A DNA stretch of 64,000 nucleotides, taken from the NCBI GenBank assembly GCA_965603825.1, contig CBFDEM010000033.1:310001-374000 (forward strand), read 5' to 3'. Of the stretch, positions 34,090-48,363 are shown one piece after another. The notes beneath the pieces were generated by a model. The model had not been told where the DNA came from. It worked only from the letters and a program-made list of their open reading frames with translations, and searched no databases. This DNA is from Blepharisma stoltei ATCC 30299 (lineage: Eukaryota > Protista > Ciliophora). Position numbers and translations under genes: made by a program. The first letter of the stretch is position 1. Each line of letters opens with the position of its first letter.

Positions 34090-36066
34090 ATGGCGATAGA
34101 CGTAAATAATGTAAAGACACTACTTCAGAACTCAATTGAGCATGACGATGTTGAGCAGCTAGAAATGTGTTTATACCAATTGGATCCAAATGTTCCTCTT
34201 GAATTGGTAATTGCTAAATAGGTCGGGTACTGAAATTTCACTCCATTACTCTATGCATGCAGGCTAGGAAGCAAAACAGTTCTTAATTATCTTATTTCAA
34301 ACTTTGAAACCCTTGACTATAATTCTGAAGATGAATATGGTCACAACGCGCTATTAAATGCTGTACATTCCTCGGATCCAACAATTCTCAGATTGATGTC
34401 TGCTTATATTTCGCCTGATAAAATTGATAAGAATGGAAACAACTGCCTGCATATTGCAGCCTCAATAGGCAGTGTTGAGATGACTAGAGTTTGCATTGAA
34501 GAATTAGGAATCGATCAAACAAAAAATGCCTATGGAATGACTCCTCTGCATCTAGCTTCTAACGCAGAAATAGTAGAAATGCTAATTTTAAACGGCGCAG
34601 ATGTCAATGAAAAAGACAACTGAGGCTGGACTCCACTTCACTATGCTGCATATAATCAATGCTATGACTGTGCCCGTGTCTTGATACAAATAGGGGCAGA
34701 CGTTAGTATTGCTGATAATGATAATACAACAGCTTTTGATATATGCTTAATAGTAGATGATCAAAGAAACATCGCAAAATTGATCACTGAGGAATTAGAA
34801 AGAAAAGCAAAAAGGAGATTTTTACAAGCAAAAGAAATAGAGAGCGAGAACGAGCTTAAAAGTGATGATAGCGATATAAAAAGTAATGATATTTTTGAGG
34901 AAAATAATGTTGCCAGCGAAGAAATTGAAGATGATGTGATGTCGCTTGATCTCTCTGCAGAAAAAAGTGGCGGTGTTCAAGAAAATGAAGTAACAGGTGA
35001 AGAATTTCATATAATTCAGCTAGCGAAATCTGAAATATTTTCAGAAGCAGAAGAAAAAAGTATTGAGAAGGAGAAAAATGGAAAAGATGAAGACCTCCAC
35101 ATTGAAATTCTAAAGCAATCCATCTTAGTAAGGACTTCAAGCAGTGAAAGTTCTCACTCTCCTTTTACTCTAGAAGTGAAAAATCTGATTTCTGGCATGT
35201 TGTCTAAAAAATTTTCAATTGATTTTGGGGACTTAGGCGTTGATATCATCAACTACCAAGAAATCAAAATGAGAGAAGAGCTAGGGAAAGGAGGATACGG
35301 AAAAGTCTATAGAGCTTATTTCAGAGACTCTGAGGTCGCAGTCAAAATTGTGAACTCAGAAAAAATTGACGCAAAAGTTGTCGAAGATTTCATAAAAGAA
35401 ATTCAAAGTCTTATAAAAATCAGGCATCATAAATTTCTATTACTTTTAGGTATATGCATAGAAGGGCCATTATGTATAGTTACAGAATTGGCAAAAGGTG
35501 GAAATTTAGCTGATGCTATTGAAAAAAACAAATTTGATCATAGTGAGAAGCTCAAAATTGCACTTCAGATAGCTGAAGGGATGAATTATATACACAATAA
35601 GAAACCCCCGATTGTCCATAGAGACTTAAAGCCTCAAAATATTCTTTTAGACCAGTTTAATCAAGTAAAAATTGGTGACCTTGGCTTGTCAAGAACAATT
35701 GAGCAAGTTGCAAATACAAATAGTATAGAAAACACACAAATTTGCCAAGGCACAATCCGATATATGGCCCCTGAACTATATGAAGATCACCCTGCGTGCT
35801 CTACAAAAACAGATATATGAGCATATGGCTGTGTTTTATATCAGCTTTTTACAGGGCTTCAGCCATGAAGTGGTTTAGATTTGCTTGGAGTCCAGCGGAG
35901 ACTTGTCCTCAAATATCCGTTTGAAGTAAGTGAAGAAATGCCAGAGCCTTTAAAAGAGCTCATATTAAAATGCTGCACAGTAGATCCCATTTCTCGGCCG
36001 AGGTTTAAAGAAATCCGTCTTAACTTATACGCGATAATGGGAATCCAGCCCTCCCAGCTAAGCTAA
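34090..36066 (+). CDS. Ankyrin-repeat TKL-family protein kinase, 653 aa; intron 34207-34221
   Basis: Ankyrin repeats (FTPLLYAC, NCLHIAA, TPLHLA, TPLHYAA); GKGGYGKV, HRDLKPQN, DLG, KTDI-W(TGA 35818)-AYG; further TGAs at 34231, 34621 and 35866. Confidence 0.88.
34207..34221 (+). other. 15-nt intron GTAATTGCTAAATAG
   Basis: Removes an in-frame TAG between ATG 34090 and the ankyrin repeats. Confidence 0.8.
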
Positions 36067-36089
36067 TTAATGTAAGTTTTATTAATATA

Positions 36090-38801
36090 ATGTCAAGCTA
36101 CTTTTCACCTATGCCGATCCCTAATAGGCATTCTATAAGAGCTCCAGTTTTTGGGGCTAGTCCTACAAGGTTGAGAAAGAAGAAGAAAAAATCGTCAAGG
36201 CGAAAACCAATTGTCCACTCAATAACTGAATCTCCGAAAGAGCCAGTTGTTGAATTGCCAATACTAGTAAGCCGATCTGAATCCCCTAAGCCTAGTGTTC
36301 CTCCTTTAAAACTTCCCAATTTAAGCAACTATTATGACCAGTTAAGAGTTCTCAACGAAGAAGGACAAAAAAAACTTTTTCCAGGCAGCAGAAGATCAAA
36401 AACTTACATGGTCGGGCAAAAAGCAAAACTTGAATATGTGGATAACTATAGAAACATTGACAAAATCCTTGAAACAAATAGACACTTTAATATAGAAGAC
36501 TCCCCTGTTACTTCATACTTAAAAAAGATCCGTGAAAAACATCTCTCGCCAATTCCGATGGGAATTGTAAAAAGAGCAGGAAAAGACCAAGATATTGATA
36601 TTGGGATGTACGCGATGGGAGATTCTTATGCTGAAGCTTTATCTGAAGGAATGAAGGAATTTGAAGTTAATAAGCTGATTTTAAGCGACAATAGGCTTAC
36701 TGATGTAGGAGCAATGAAGATTTTGCAGGGAGTTAAATCAAGTTCACTTGAAATACTTGATTTGTCTAATAACAAGCTGAGCAACGATGTAGTTCAGTAT
36801 ATTGCTGATATGTCTCAAAAGAGGAACACATCACTCCATACCATTAGGCTAGAAGGTTTACACATGAAAGATGTAGGAGCTTCAATACTTTGCAAAGCAT
36901 TGAAAAACAGCTTATTACTTATAGAGCTGAATTTAGCTAAGAATAATTTAGAAGGCTGCAAAGCAATAGCAAAACTTATAGAATTATCAACTACGCTCCA
37001 AAAATTAGACCTACATTGAAATAATATCAGAGGTGAGGGGGCAAAGATGATATGCAGGGCAATTTCTCACAATAAATCTCTGAAGATCCTTGATCTCTCT
37101 TGGAACGCAATTTCTTCACCTCCCCTAGACAACGCCTGCAAGTTTTTATCCAGGGCATTTCAAAAGCACCCGCTATTATTTCATGTAGATCTTTCCCACA
37201 ATGGGCTGTCTTTAAATGATGCCCAAGTGCTTTCAGAAGGCCTTGCACACAATCACACAATAATGGGAATCCACATGGAGGGAAATCAAGGGATAGTTGA
37301 TGCATTAGGATTTGTGTCTCCTTCGAAGTTCGATAAGCCAGGCCAAGCTCATATTTTTACCAGAATTCTATCTAATAGTAGGATTACTAGCCATTTGAAC
37401 TGAAGGCATGTTAGTAATTGCTGGATCTGTGAAAGGTGGAATGAAGTTGAGTTTGAATGAATTGGAGCTGCAGAGGATCCTGTGTACATTCATTTCAGCT
37501 TTGAAGGATATGAAGGCGAGCTTATGCAGAAGATTGACTCAACCACATATAAACTTGTTCGTATGTGCCCACCCGGAAGGTTTTATTATTTTTACACACA
37601 TAATTCTCAAATTAAAAATAATCCAAATCAAAGGGTGACAGAGCTACCATGCGATTATTCGAGAGAAATTGAACTATACCCAGGCTGCAAAATTCAAGTT
37701 GATATATGTGATGCAAATGTCAAAGACAATCAAAAAGGACCGAACTTGCTTTCCTTAGAAGAGACGAGCCCTAAGCCCCGAGTACCAAGAAGAAAATTTG
37801 TGCCACTCGTTGTAAAAAGGGCTTGGGGAATACCAATATCGATTTTTAAAGATTATAAATTTGATGATGAGGAACTGTTGAGAAAATGCTTTGAGTTTGA
37901 CTGAGAAAGGTCAAAAATCCCAAAGCTTGTAAAAGATCCAGAAGAGCAAACCAAAGTTAGCAAAATGCTATGGGAAGCATATCGTGTCATAAAGGAAGTT
38001 TATAAGTATTATTCATCTCTCAGTCCACAAGGAGAAATTTGATCTATTGGCCAAATGGTTTTGACTGATCTCTGCAATGAAGCAAAAATTTTTGATTCTA
38101 ATTTTCGGCTTGCAGATTTAGATTTCCATACAAAGGCAGCTTTATATACAGAAATCAAGAATAATCCAAGAAATCCTGCCAATGCACTAATAAGATATCA
38201 ATTTATGGAAATTTTAGTGCGTATCTCTCTAGACAAATTTCTAAAATCAGGTCAAGCTACAACTGCATCAGAAGCCGTTTACATTATGCTTAATAACCAT
38301 ATTAAGCCAAATTTAAGTCATATTTTAGCTGATAAGTGAAGATTTTCACGATATATCACAGAAGAAGTTGACAATGTTTTAAAAGCCAATGTTTCGTTAC
38401 TAAAAGCAGTATATGCAAAGTATTCAAAATTGAAAGTCAAGCCTGGCCAAAAACCATTTATGTGTTTGCAAGAATTTGATGGCATTTGCATAGAAGGTCA
38501 GTTGTTAACTGAGACATTTACAGCTAGGGAAACTAATATGGCTTTTAATCTTGCAATGATGACTCAGCCAAATGAGTTAGATTATGATAGACATCTTCAG
38601 ATGTCTTTTATTGAGTTCTTAGAAGCTATCTCAAGAGTGGCTGATATGGCTAAGCTTCCTGATCCTGAAAGTGGTGAAAGATCAACAGAATCCGCTCCGC
38701 TGGCTAAATTAATTACAAATTTACTTCCGAAACTCATGGAATTATTGCCAATAAGCATTCAAAAAGAGCTCAAAAAGAAATCTGACCCTCAAAACGATTA
38801 A
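36090..38801 (+). CDS. Leucine-rich repeat (RNI-like) protein with large C-terminal helical/EF-like region, 903 aa
   Basis: One frame through six TGAs (37017, 37401, 37458, 37902, 38040, 38337); LxxLDLSxN repeats including LDLH-W-NNI. Confidence 0.8.
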
Positions 38802-38854
38802 ATTCTTACATGTAAAATTTAATAAATAAAAGAGAAATTAAAAGAAGATAAATA

Positions 38855-40045
38855 ATGGTAGAAAGTCTGACCTATTGTTCTGTCTGTTTTGAAGAATACG
38901 ACCAAGAAGAACGAGTACCCCTTATGCTGAGCTGTGGGCATACATTTTGCAAAAACTGCCTCATTCTTCTCCCTGAGCCCTTAAGATGCCCACATTGTCG
39001 AACTTTAGAGTCCAGAACTCTAAAAGAGCTCCCCAAAAATATCACCATCTTTCAAATTCAGGCCCAGCTCAATCCTTCTGAAGTAGAAATGTGTACTCAT
39101 GAAGAGCTGCTGTTTTATTGCAAGGTGTGCAAATATCCTCTCTGCCTTCAATGTGTAGTAAAACATAGCAACCATGGGCTGCTAAACTTAAATGACCCAG
39201 AACTAGAAAACTTGATTAATTCTCATTTGGACCAAATTGAAAGTGCTTATAAGTTCCGAATCAAAGAGTGCACCCAAAGAAAAGAAAAAGCTGAAAGTTT
39301 ACTGGCGAACTGAAAGGAAAATTCAATTAAAAATAAAGAAGCAGTCAGAGGCAAATTCCAAGGGATGAGAAAAATTGTGGAGAATCAAGAGCAGTATTAT
39401 TTAGAGCATATTGCGCAGCTGTTTCAGAGCATGTGCAGCAAAAACGAAAGAGAAGACAACCCACAGAACGGGTATCGGGTTGACGTTTCAATTGATGAAG
39501 AGTGGCTTACAAGCAATTTAAAAAAAATAGGAAACATTGGAGTTTTCAACCCAGCCAGACAAGAATGCAGCATCAGACGATCAAGGAATGTCAAAGCTTT
39601 GAATTGGAAATACTCAGGCAGAATAGATGCTTTGAGTTTCAAGTCAAACAAACAAGTTTATTTATCAGGGATTGGAGTTTGCACCCCATATAAGCTTGAA
39701 AAAACAACAGTAATCAACGAAATGAAACTCCTCAAAGGGCAAAGCTCTAGAAGCGAAGTTGTATATCTTCATAGTTTTCCAGTAACCTTGGTTGCTGACT
39801 TTATGTCTGGAGTAACAAAAGTCCCGTTTGAAACTATTGTTAAAATAGAGCCTGGTATTTTTTATACAATTTATTTGAAGCTCTCTGGTGCAAAGACTTT
39901 CAAATGTGTAGATTCTTTACTGCAAGCAAATGGAAGGGATGAAACAGTTTTTACTTTTGCCAACACAATTTTTGTGCAAGGTGACGAAAGCAACCGAACT
40001 GATATATTGTGTGGGCCAATTGTCGATTTTTATTATTTGCCTTAA
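38855..40045 (+). CDS. RING + B-box + coiled-coil + PHR-domain protein (TRIM-like E3 ligase)
   Basis: CSVC..LSCGHTFCKNC..CPHC RING; FYCKVC..CLQC..HSNH B-box; TGA at 39311; WKYSGRIDALSF..SNRTDILCGPIVDFYY resembles the PHR domain. Confidence 0.75.
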
Positions 40046-40077
40046 ATAGCAGTAATTCAATTATAACAATAATAATT

Positions 40078-40680
40078 ATGGATATTAAGGTTCTGGCAAA
40101 GGAAATCAGTGAGCAGGACAAGGAACTTCTTGTGTTAAAAACAACTTTTAATGAATCTGAGAAAGAAAAAGATGAGTTAAAAAAAAAATTTGAAAGGTAT
40201 GAGAGCTTTTTTGATGAAATAAAGGAATCTCTGCAAAAAGAAAAAGATGTATCTACATTGGCTAGATATATAGGCCATTTGAAGCAAGAAATGAACAAAA
40301 AGCAGCAGGAGGTAACAAGAAACCAAGGCTTGAAAGTGGTTTCGTTAAAATTTCTTAACAGCGGAGAAGAAATGAGATCCAAAAGCTATGCGTGTTTACA
40401 AAAGGTCAATAACAAGTCTTCAAGCAAAGACTTGTTGATTCGGATTTCAAATAAAAGTCCATATTATGCTCCACCAGGGCTCTTAACCATTACAAACAGA
40501 AAAAGGAAAAAGTCAGTAGACAATGACTCTGTGTTTTTGAAAAGCAGAGGAAGTCCTACAATCTCTGACACTCAGAGTTTGACTCCGAATGATGTAGGAA
40601 TTGATGCTCAGCTAAGAAAACTTAAAGAACGAATGGAGGCAATAATTGAATATACAGCAAAGAAAAATAAAGAAATATAG
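40078..40680 (+). CDS. Hypothetical coiled-coil protein
   Basis: ATG at 40078 after an AT-rich spacer; TAG stop. Confidence 0.6.
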   Translation: MDIKVLAKEISEQDKELLVLKTTFNESEKEKDELKKKFERYESFFDEIKESLQKEKDVSTLARYIGHLKQEMNKKQQEVTRNQGLKVVSLKFLNSGEEMRSKSYACLQKVNNKSSSKDLLIRISNKSPYYAPPGLLTITNRKRKKSVDNDSVFLKSRGSPTISDTQSLTPNDVGIDAQLRKLKERMEAIIEYTAKKNKEI

Positions 40681-40806
40681 ATTGTTTATAATTAAAAATT
40701 GCTATTTTAAATTGATTTAGAAAAATTATGAGCATTTTGATGCATAAAATTTACCCGAATTTTTAACTTAAATAAATAAATTTAATTAATATATCAAAGC
40801 GGGACT

Positions 40807-42492
40807 ATGTCTGGAAATAAATTATTCCAAAAACTCAAAGAATTAGGATTCGAAGATTGGGCTAAGTCTCAAGGCATATCTCCTTCATTATTGCCCCAGA
40901 ACCCTCAGTCGCTTGAATGAATTTTTGCATTTCCAAGAATTAATAACTTGTTGCAATGGCTTCTCGTTTCTATGAACGAAACTCAGTTTCTTACTGCGAA
41001 GGAACTAGAAGTCTATGAAGGCTTAGAAACAAAGCTGGACTATGAATCTCTGCAAGAAATCATTGAATTGCTTGATATTAATAGTTATAAATCTGATCTC
41101 ATCAACTTGGTCCAGCCGAGTCTTATTGAAGAACTTCAAAAACAAAAGCAAGAGCAAGAACAAGAAATAGTTCGCCTACAAAATGAGCTACGAAACGAAG
41201 AAGAAATCGAAATAAGCAGTTTAATGACTTCTCTGCAAAGCCAATTTAATGAAAGTCTTAAAGGGCTATTTGAAACTCTAGAAATTTTTTTGAAGCGATT
41301 TAATTCAAGCTCAAACGTCCTATCAATTTCATTGGTCCAAGAATACACCTCAACTGATGAGCAGCTATCAAGACTTGTAATCCAATATTCCAAACAAATT
41401 GAAGAGGTCGTGCAAGCAATTGATTTTAGCGTTCACCACCATTGCTTGATGTCAGATCGAGCTGATGAATACACAGAGCTCTGCGCTGAAAGGGTTAAAT
41501 TGCAATCATTATCCCTTAAGAATCTTGAACAAGAAACTAAAGCTTCTGCTGCAAAACAAAGATATGAGTCTGCTTTGCAAGCATTAGAAGATATAGTACT
41601 GAGAGAGCAAAAAGATAAATTCTTACAAGATGATATTATTAATGCCAAAACTAATATGATCAAACAAGAACTAGATGCGCTTGAAAAAGAAAATGAAAAA
41701 ATAGTCAATGAAGAATTGTGCTCAGTTATCAAAGAAATCGCAAAACTCCAAGCTGAAGAAAATTTATCAGAGTCGCATAACGAACTTTCTGATAAGAGAT
41801 GTGAGTATGAAGGGATCAAGCTGCAAGAAGTCACAAGATTGTTAGAGGAACAAAAGAAAAAACATCTACTGGCAATGGCTGGAATTTTGCTAGAACAAGA
41901 AAGAGTTCAAAGTGAGTACGACTGCTTGTTTGAGATAAAGACTTTTCTTGAAGATATCAAAGCACAAACCGATTTCAGAATAGATCAGTATAGGACTTTT
42001 AGAAATAGGCGTGAGCTGCAATTAGCTGAAAGAAAAACAATAGACGAAAGAGATGCAACACTTAACGAGCTCCACCAGATAATTGAAACTCAAAATCAAA
42101 GCACAAATCTTACCTATGATAGACTTATAGAGATGATTCAAAAAGTTTTTGAAAAGCAGGAAGAAGCGAAGCAGGCTTATAAAAGGTCAATTGGAGCCAT
42201 ATTAGAATCTTCAAAAACCATGCTTTTTGAATCTGAAAAATTATTGGATAACTTAGACATAATAAAAAGTGAGCATAGAGCTGACGGTAGAGAAAACTAT
42301 TTATCACTATCAACCTTGCTTAAAGACCAGGAACAGAAATTGAATAAAATTCTTCTCGATGTTGAACAAACTAGGGTAAATTTCAAAGTTAGTCCTTCAG
42401 GACTTACTGAAAGAGAACTGTTTGTTGAATTTTTAACTACACCAGAAAATCAAACCCCCCGATATTTAAAAGATTGTGAGGATGTTTTATAA
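40807..42492 (+). CDS. HAUS3: Augmin/HAUS complex subunit 3-like, 561 aa
   Basis: MSGNKLFQKLKELGF..SLE-W(TGA 40918)-IF..LLQWL..FLTAKELEVYE; TIDERDATL; RELFVEFLTTPE. These match the recalled HAUS3/AUG3 N- and C-terminal motifs. Confidence 0.7.
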
Positions 42493-42513
42493 TTTCCTTG
42501 ATGGTTTAATTAC

Positions 42514-44050
<1,537 letters not shown>

Positions 44051-44118
44051 AATTATTTTAATCGGAATATATAAGTTATATTTTCAATAGTTATTATTTT
44101 CGATACAATCTATATAAA

Positions 44119-46353
44119 CTACACTGGCCAAATTTTTTTTTTAGTTGGATCAAGCACTCTTTGCGTGCCAGATCTCCTTATCGGTACCTCTTTCTGGGCT
44201 ATCACGTTTTTGCTGTTATCTTCTGTGTTATAATTGAGAGTTTTAATTTTATTTCGGTTCATTTCATATTCTCAGGATGATAAGTTGGATTTTAATTGAT
44301 CTAAGCAGTTTTCATCAACTCGAGGTGAGCCCAAATAATTTGACAGAGCTTCATACAATGGCAAAACAATCACTCTTATAAACCCTGCCTGGGACTTGGC
44401 AGTGTCTGTTTTTTCTCTATCACAATACATAGAAACTTGCTGATTCAGTTTTTTTTCCATATCTCCCTGCCTATAAAACTCTTCAATCACAAGTTTGCTT
44501 CATTTTTGATGAAGGTCGATACTTTTAGCGGCATGGCCAACATCTGCAGCTTTAATGCTCATTTTCAGAATATCAATCCTCTGGTCTACAGTTTCAAACT
44601 GTTGGGGAGGTTTTAAAGCCTTTGCTTTAAACTGAGCTAACAAATCCCAATGCTTACTCATGTCTGTTGCCAAAATCATTTCAACAATCAACTTCCTAAC
44701 ACTTGTGTAATGCTCAGCATCAATAAATCCTAAAATATTTGAGTCCTGTCCTTTCATCAAATAAAAAGTTGATGAGCAATGCATCATTTCAAGAACGGAA
44801 TAATCATTATCTAAATAAAATTTACATGTATTTGCAAGGTCGTCTTTATTGACTATTAAAAATCGATTTGTTAAGCCTGGATGGCCTACATCATGCCCTA
44901 AAGCAGCAATGATTACAGCGAGCATGTCATATTCAGAAAAGAGCTCTAATAAAACTGATTGATTAATGAAAAATAAAAATGATGAAAGCACGTCAGCTGC
45001 ATGAGTGGAATTGTGATATGGATTATCTGTTTTATACCTTTGCTCCATATCTTGGAAATAATTGACATATATCATCTCTTTTATGTTGAGAATTTCATCG
45101 ATTCGATATTTTCCAATAGAATACTTACCTACCGCGACAAGGGGTTTTCCTCGAGTGCATTCTTGTAAGAAAAACATATCAAAATTCCAATTTTTCCCTA
45201 TATGTTTCAAAATCCCAATCAGCTCTTCAAACTCATATACCTTATATGTAAGCGCAATTTCATCAGTTTTTCTGATCCTCAATTTATTTCTTGGCCTTAT
45301 AGGAAGCACCTTTGTTTGGTCATTTTGAGTTTGCTTGATGAAAATTCTATCTTCCTCATCAAGACCTTTAGTAATCGTTTCAATATCTGCTGAATAAATG
45401 TTAGTTTGAGTTCTTATTTTCCCTATGACACCATTAACAAGTTCGTGAATCCTCATTACTTTACTTTTATTATCACTAGCTGACATATCTGCAATGATTT
45501 GTTTAGCATTTGTAATGGTTTCTAATAAACACTCAATAATTTGTTCAAGCTCTGATTTTGGCTCAGAAAATCCATGGCCTCCTGCTTCGTCATATCCTTC
45601 AGTAACATTTACTGTCATTTGAAACTTTTTTCTTGTGACTGCTTCATGTGTGTAAAAAGTCCTGGTTTCCACTAAGACTCTATAGTAAAATAGCCCGACC
45701 TCGAAAAGTGTCGTTGCTAAGTGCTGGTAGCCAAAAATATGTGAAATAAGAAAAATCACTGCTATCAAGGTATTTCATAGAAAATAATTCAAAAAATTCG
45801 TGATAAGGATGAATTTAGAAACGGATAGTAGTACGAGTAATCCTGGCAAGCAGGACATATAAGTTATAGAATTGTCGTCAAACATTGCCCCTTGGACTGG
45901 TCCATTGTTTAAAATAAGCATAACCGCTGCCAAAAAATAGCTTATTTGGAGAAGCTCTGGACGATAGCTATTAATAGTCACAGTGTAAAACCCTAATAAA
46001 TAAATTGCTGAACTTATCAAAATTTGCCCTAAAAGCAGGCCAAGCTGGCAGCCGAAAACTTGAGAAGAGCTATCACTTAAAGAGAAGCCGATGATATAAA
46101 GAAGAAGATATATTCCAAATAGGAGATAATAGCTCAATAAAAAAATTTTAAGCCGATATTGGAGTTCGGTTATTAGTTGTGCAGCGCTTGCCTCGTTGCT
46201 CGTTATTACATTTTGGTAGTGACGTTCAAGAAGATTACTTGAAAATTTCAAATTTCTGTAATGTGGACTTGGATAATGGCTATCTGAATTAGCAGAAATT
46301 CCTGATAAAGTGAAAGGGTTCTCTTCTGGAGTTTTGGATTGCCTTATTTTCAT
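44119..46353 (-). CDS. Membrane-integral class I cyclic nucleotide phosphodiesterase, 739 aa; intron 44811-44825
   Basis: N-terminal TM cluster; NPYHNSTHAADV, HDVGHPG, YNDYSVLEMMH, ILATDM, KAADVG, HQK-W(TGA 44500)-SKLVIEEFYRQGD, SQAGFI; TAG stop. Confidence 0.9.
44811..44825 (-). other. 15-nt intron GTAAATTTTATTTAG (in frame, stop-free)
   Basis: Removal restores the LAxxYNDxSVLE motif. Confidence 0.85.
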
Positions 46354-47111
46354 TGATTATTATATTTCTTTTCAAATCAAGCTATTATGTCTATAATAGA
46401 TAGAAAAAATTTTATGGATGATAAAAAGATAAACAAATTTAAAGATTAGCAGTAGACTGAAGAAGAAAAAGCATTTAAAATTTTAATTGGACATACATGA
46501 ATTAATTTCAAGAAGGAAGAAGCTTTAAATGACATTTTTTATAATTATATCAGAAACGCATTGCAAAGTGCTAGCATTAAGGTATAAAAAATTATTTTAA
46601 TTATTAGCTCTGCTTAAGTTTCTCCCATTTTCTTTATTTCTTCGAAAAGAGTTCATCTTCCTGCAGAGGAAGCTATTGAAGATAAAACATAACAGAAAGA
46701 GCATTAAATTAAATTTCTTTTTGACAAGTGCATAATTCATAATATCATGTATAGAGATGATAAAGTTATGAATTCCCCTATTTTATTAGCTTTATTTCTT
46801 TATTTCACTCTAAATTGCCTCTCAGCATGCTGGTATATATTATTAAATTATTCTTTTATTATTTTTATGCTCCACTTTTTGATAATCTAAATATTCTCAA
46901 AGAATTAGGATTATTTAAATATTAAGCTACGAGTATTTGAAAAATTTTGTATTGCATAGTTGCACAAAAGCTAAAAATTGATTCCTACTGATTATGCTAT
47001 TATTAAACTAAAAGGATGCTAAAATTGGATAGAATTTGATCCTAAAAAAACAGTGTTATAAGTAAAGCATCCTATTTATTTTTAGGAAATCAATAGAGAA
47101 ATATAAAACTA

Positions 47112-47750
47112 ATGATAAATAAATCTCCCATTTCAAGTAATTTAGAAAAGCGAGGACTTACTTCAAGTTTAACGTTCAGTCATTCAACTTCTTCCCTATT
47201 TGAGAGCAATAAGCCAAGCAAGCATATTTCTCAAAAAAGAATCGAACAGGAAAGTCTGTCCAGGAGAACACTTGATCCTACCTTTCCAGAAAGACCAATT
47301 GAATATAAGCAGGGTAAAAAAAAAATTAATCCTGCTCATAATAATAATTTTTGGGATAAAAGTAGTGCAAGTTCAGATTTTGAAGCTAGATCAAACAATC
47401 CAACGCTAACAACAAGTAGGGATAATCCATTATCTGGAGAAGTTTTTAAAGTAAATGAAAGTCCGAAAAAACCGATTAGGTCACAAAAATATCTTGAAAG
47501 CCAAATTTCATGGCAACCAGAATCAAAATCAAATTACTATGCACCATCAATACAAAATAAAGTTCCAAAAACAGCATCGTCAATAGATTTCTTGCCAGGA
47601 TCTTTCTTTGTTAAGGCAGAAGACAACCATAAAAGTCAGAAAAGACTCAATCCTTTGAAATATGAAACAAGTTTATTTAACTCAGCAGCTGAAAAACCTT
47701 CGATTACAGGAAGATACGAAGCTGATGATAGCAGAAGCCAAAGAAAATAA
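47112..47750 (+). CDS. Hypothetical Ser/Lys-rich disordered protein
   Basis: 212-aa ORF between long AT-rich spacers. Confidence 0.6.
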   Translation: MINKSPISSNLEKRGLTSSLTFSHSTSSLFESNKPSKHISQKRIEQESLSRRTLDPTFPERPIEYKQGKKKINPAHNNNFWDKSSASSDFEARSNNPTLTTSRDNPLSGEVFKVNESPKKPIRSQKYLESQISWQPESKSNYYAPSIQNKVPKTASSIDFLPGSFFVKAEDNHKSQKRLNPLKYETSLFNSAAEKPSITGRYEADDSRSQRK

Positions 47751-48363
47751 TTTAAATTAATAAACTTAAATCTCATATGTATTACTTATTGATGACTTCA
47801 TGAAAGATATCTATATAGGTGTAATTAGGATATATTGAAGTTTTAATAACCAAAATCCCTTTAAAATAGAATATAAATTTCTATTTATCCCAACTTAGAA
47901 ATACGGAAAAGCTTGAAAATCATAATAAAAAATACTATTTTGAACTACATAAATCAAAAAATAGATAAGTTTGTTAATTCTAGGAGTTTTAATAATATTT
48001 CTAAAAGCCTGCAAAACGAAAGAAATTTAAAGAACTTAAAGTTGATGCCACTTTTTAGCTTTGCATACTGCTATCTAGTTTTTGCCAGTGATTTTAAAGC
48101 TAACTCCAATATTGCAAAAGAAACGTAAATTAAGCTAAATGCGCCCTTAAATATTTATTATTTTAGTTATAGAAAATATCATTAATCAGTTATATTTTTC
48201 TTGCTTATTTCAATGACTATTCTAATTTTGTAAATAATCATTAATTTAGCATACATAATTTATTGAATTACTTTAATTGCTACATAGCATAGATACATAG
48301 AATTTATTTATCCATAATTTTCATAATTCAAAAAAACCATCACTCTGTCAGATAATAATAAAT

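Noticed and set aside
33968-34189. 73-aa minus-strand ORF and the many other antisense/overlapping ORFs in the track (e.g. 221..628, 8132..8536, 32008..32349, 41433..41834)
   Set aside because: Shadows of well-supported genes on the opposite strand or in another frame; no motifs.
47913-48128. 71-aa ORF starting at TTG
   Set aside because: AT-rich intergenic composition, non-ATG start, no motifs.
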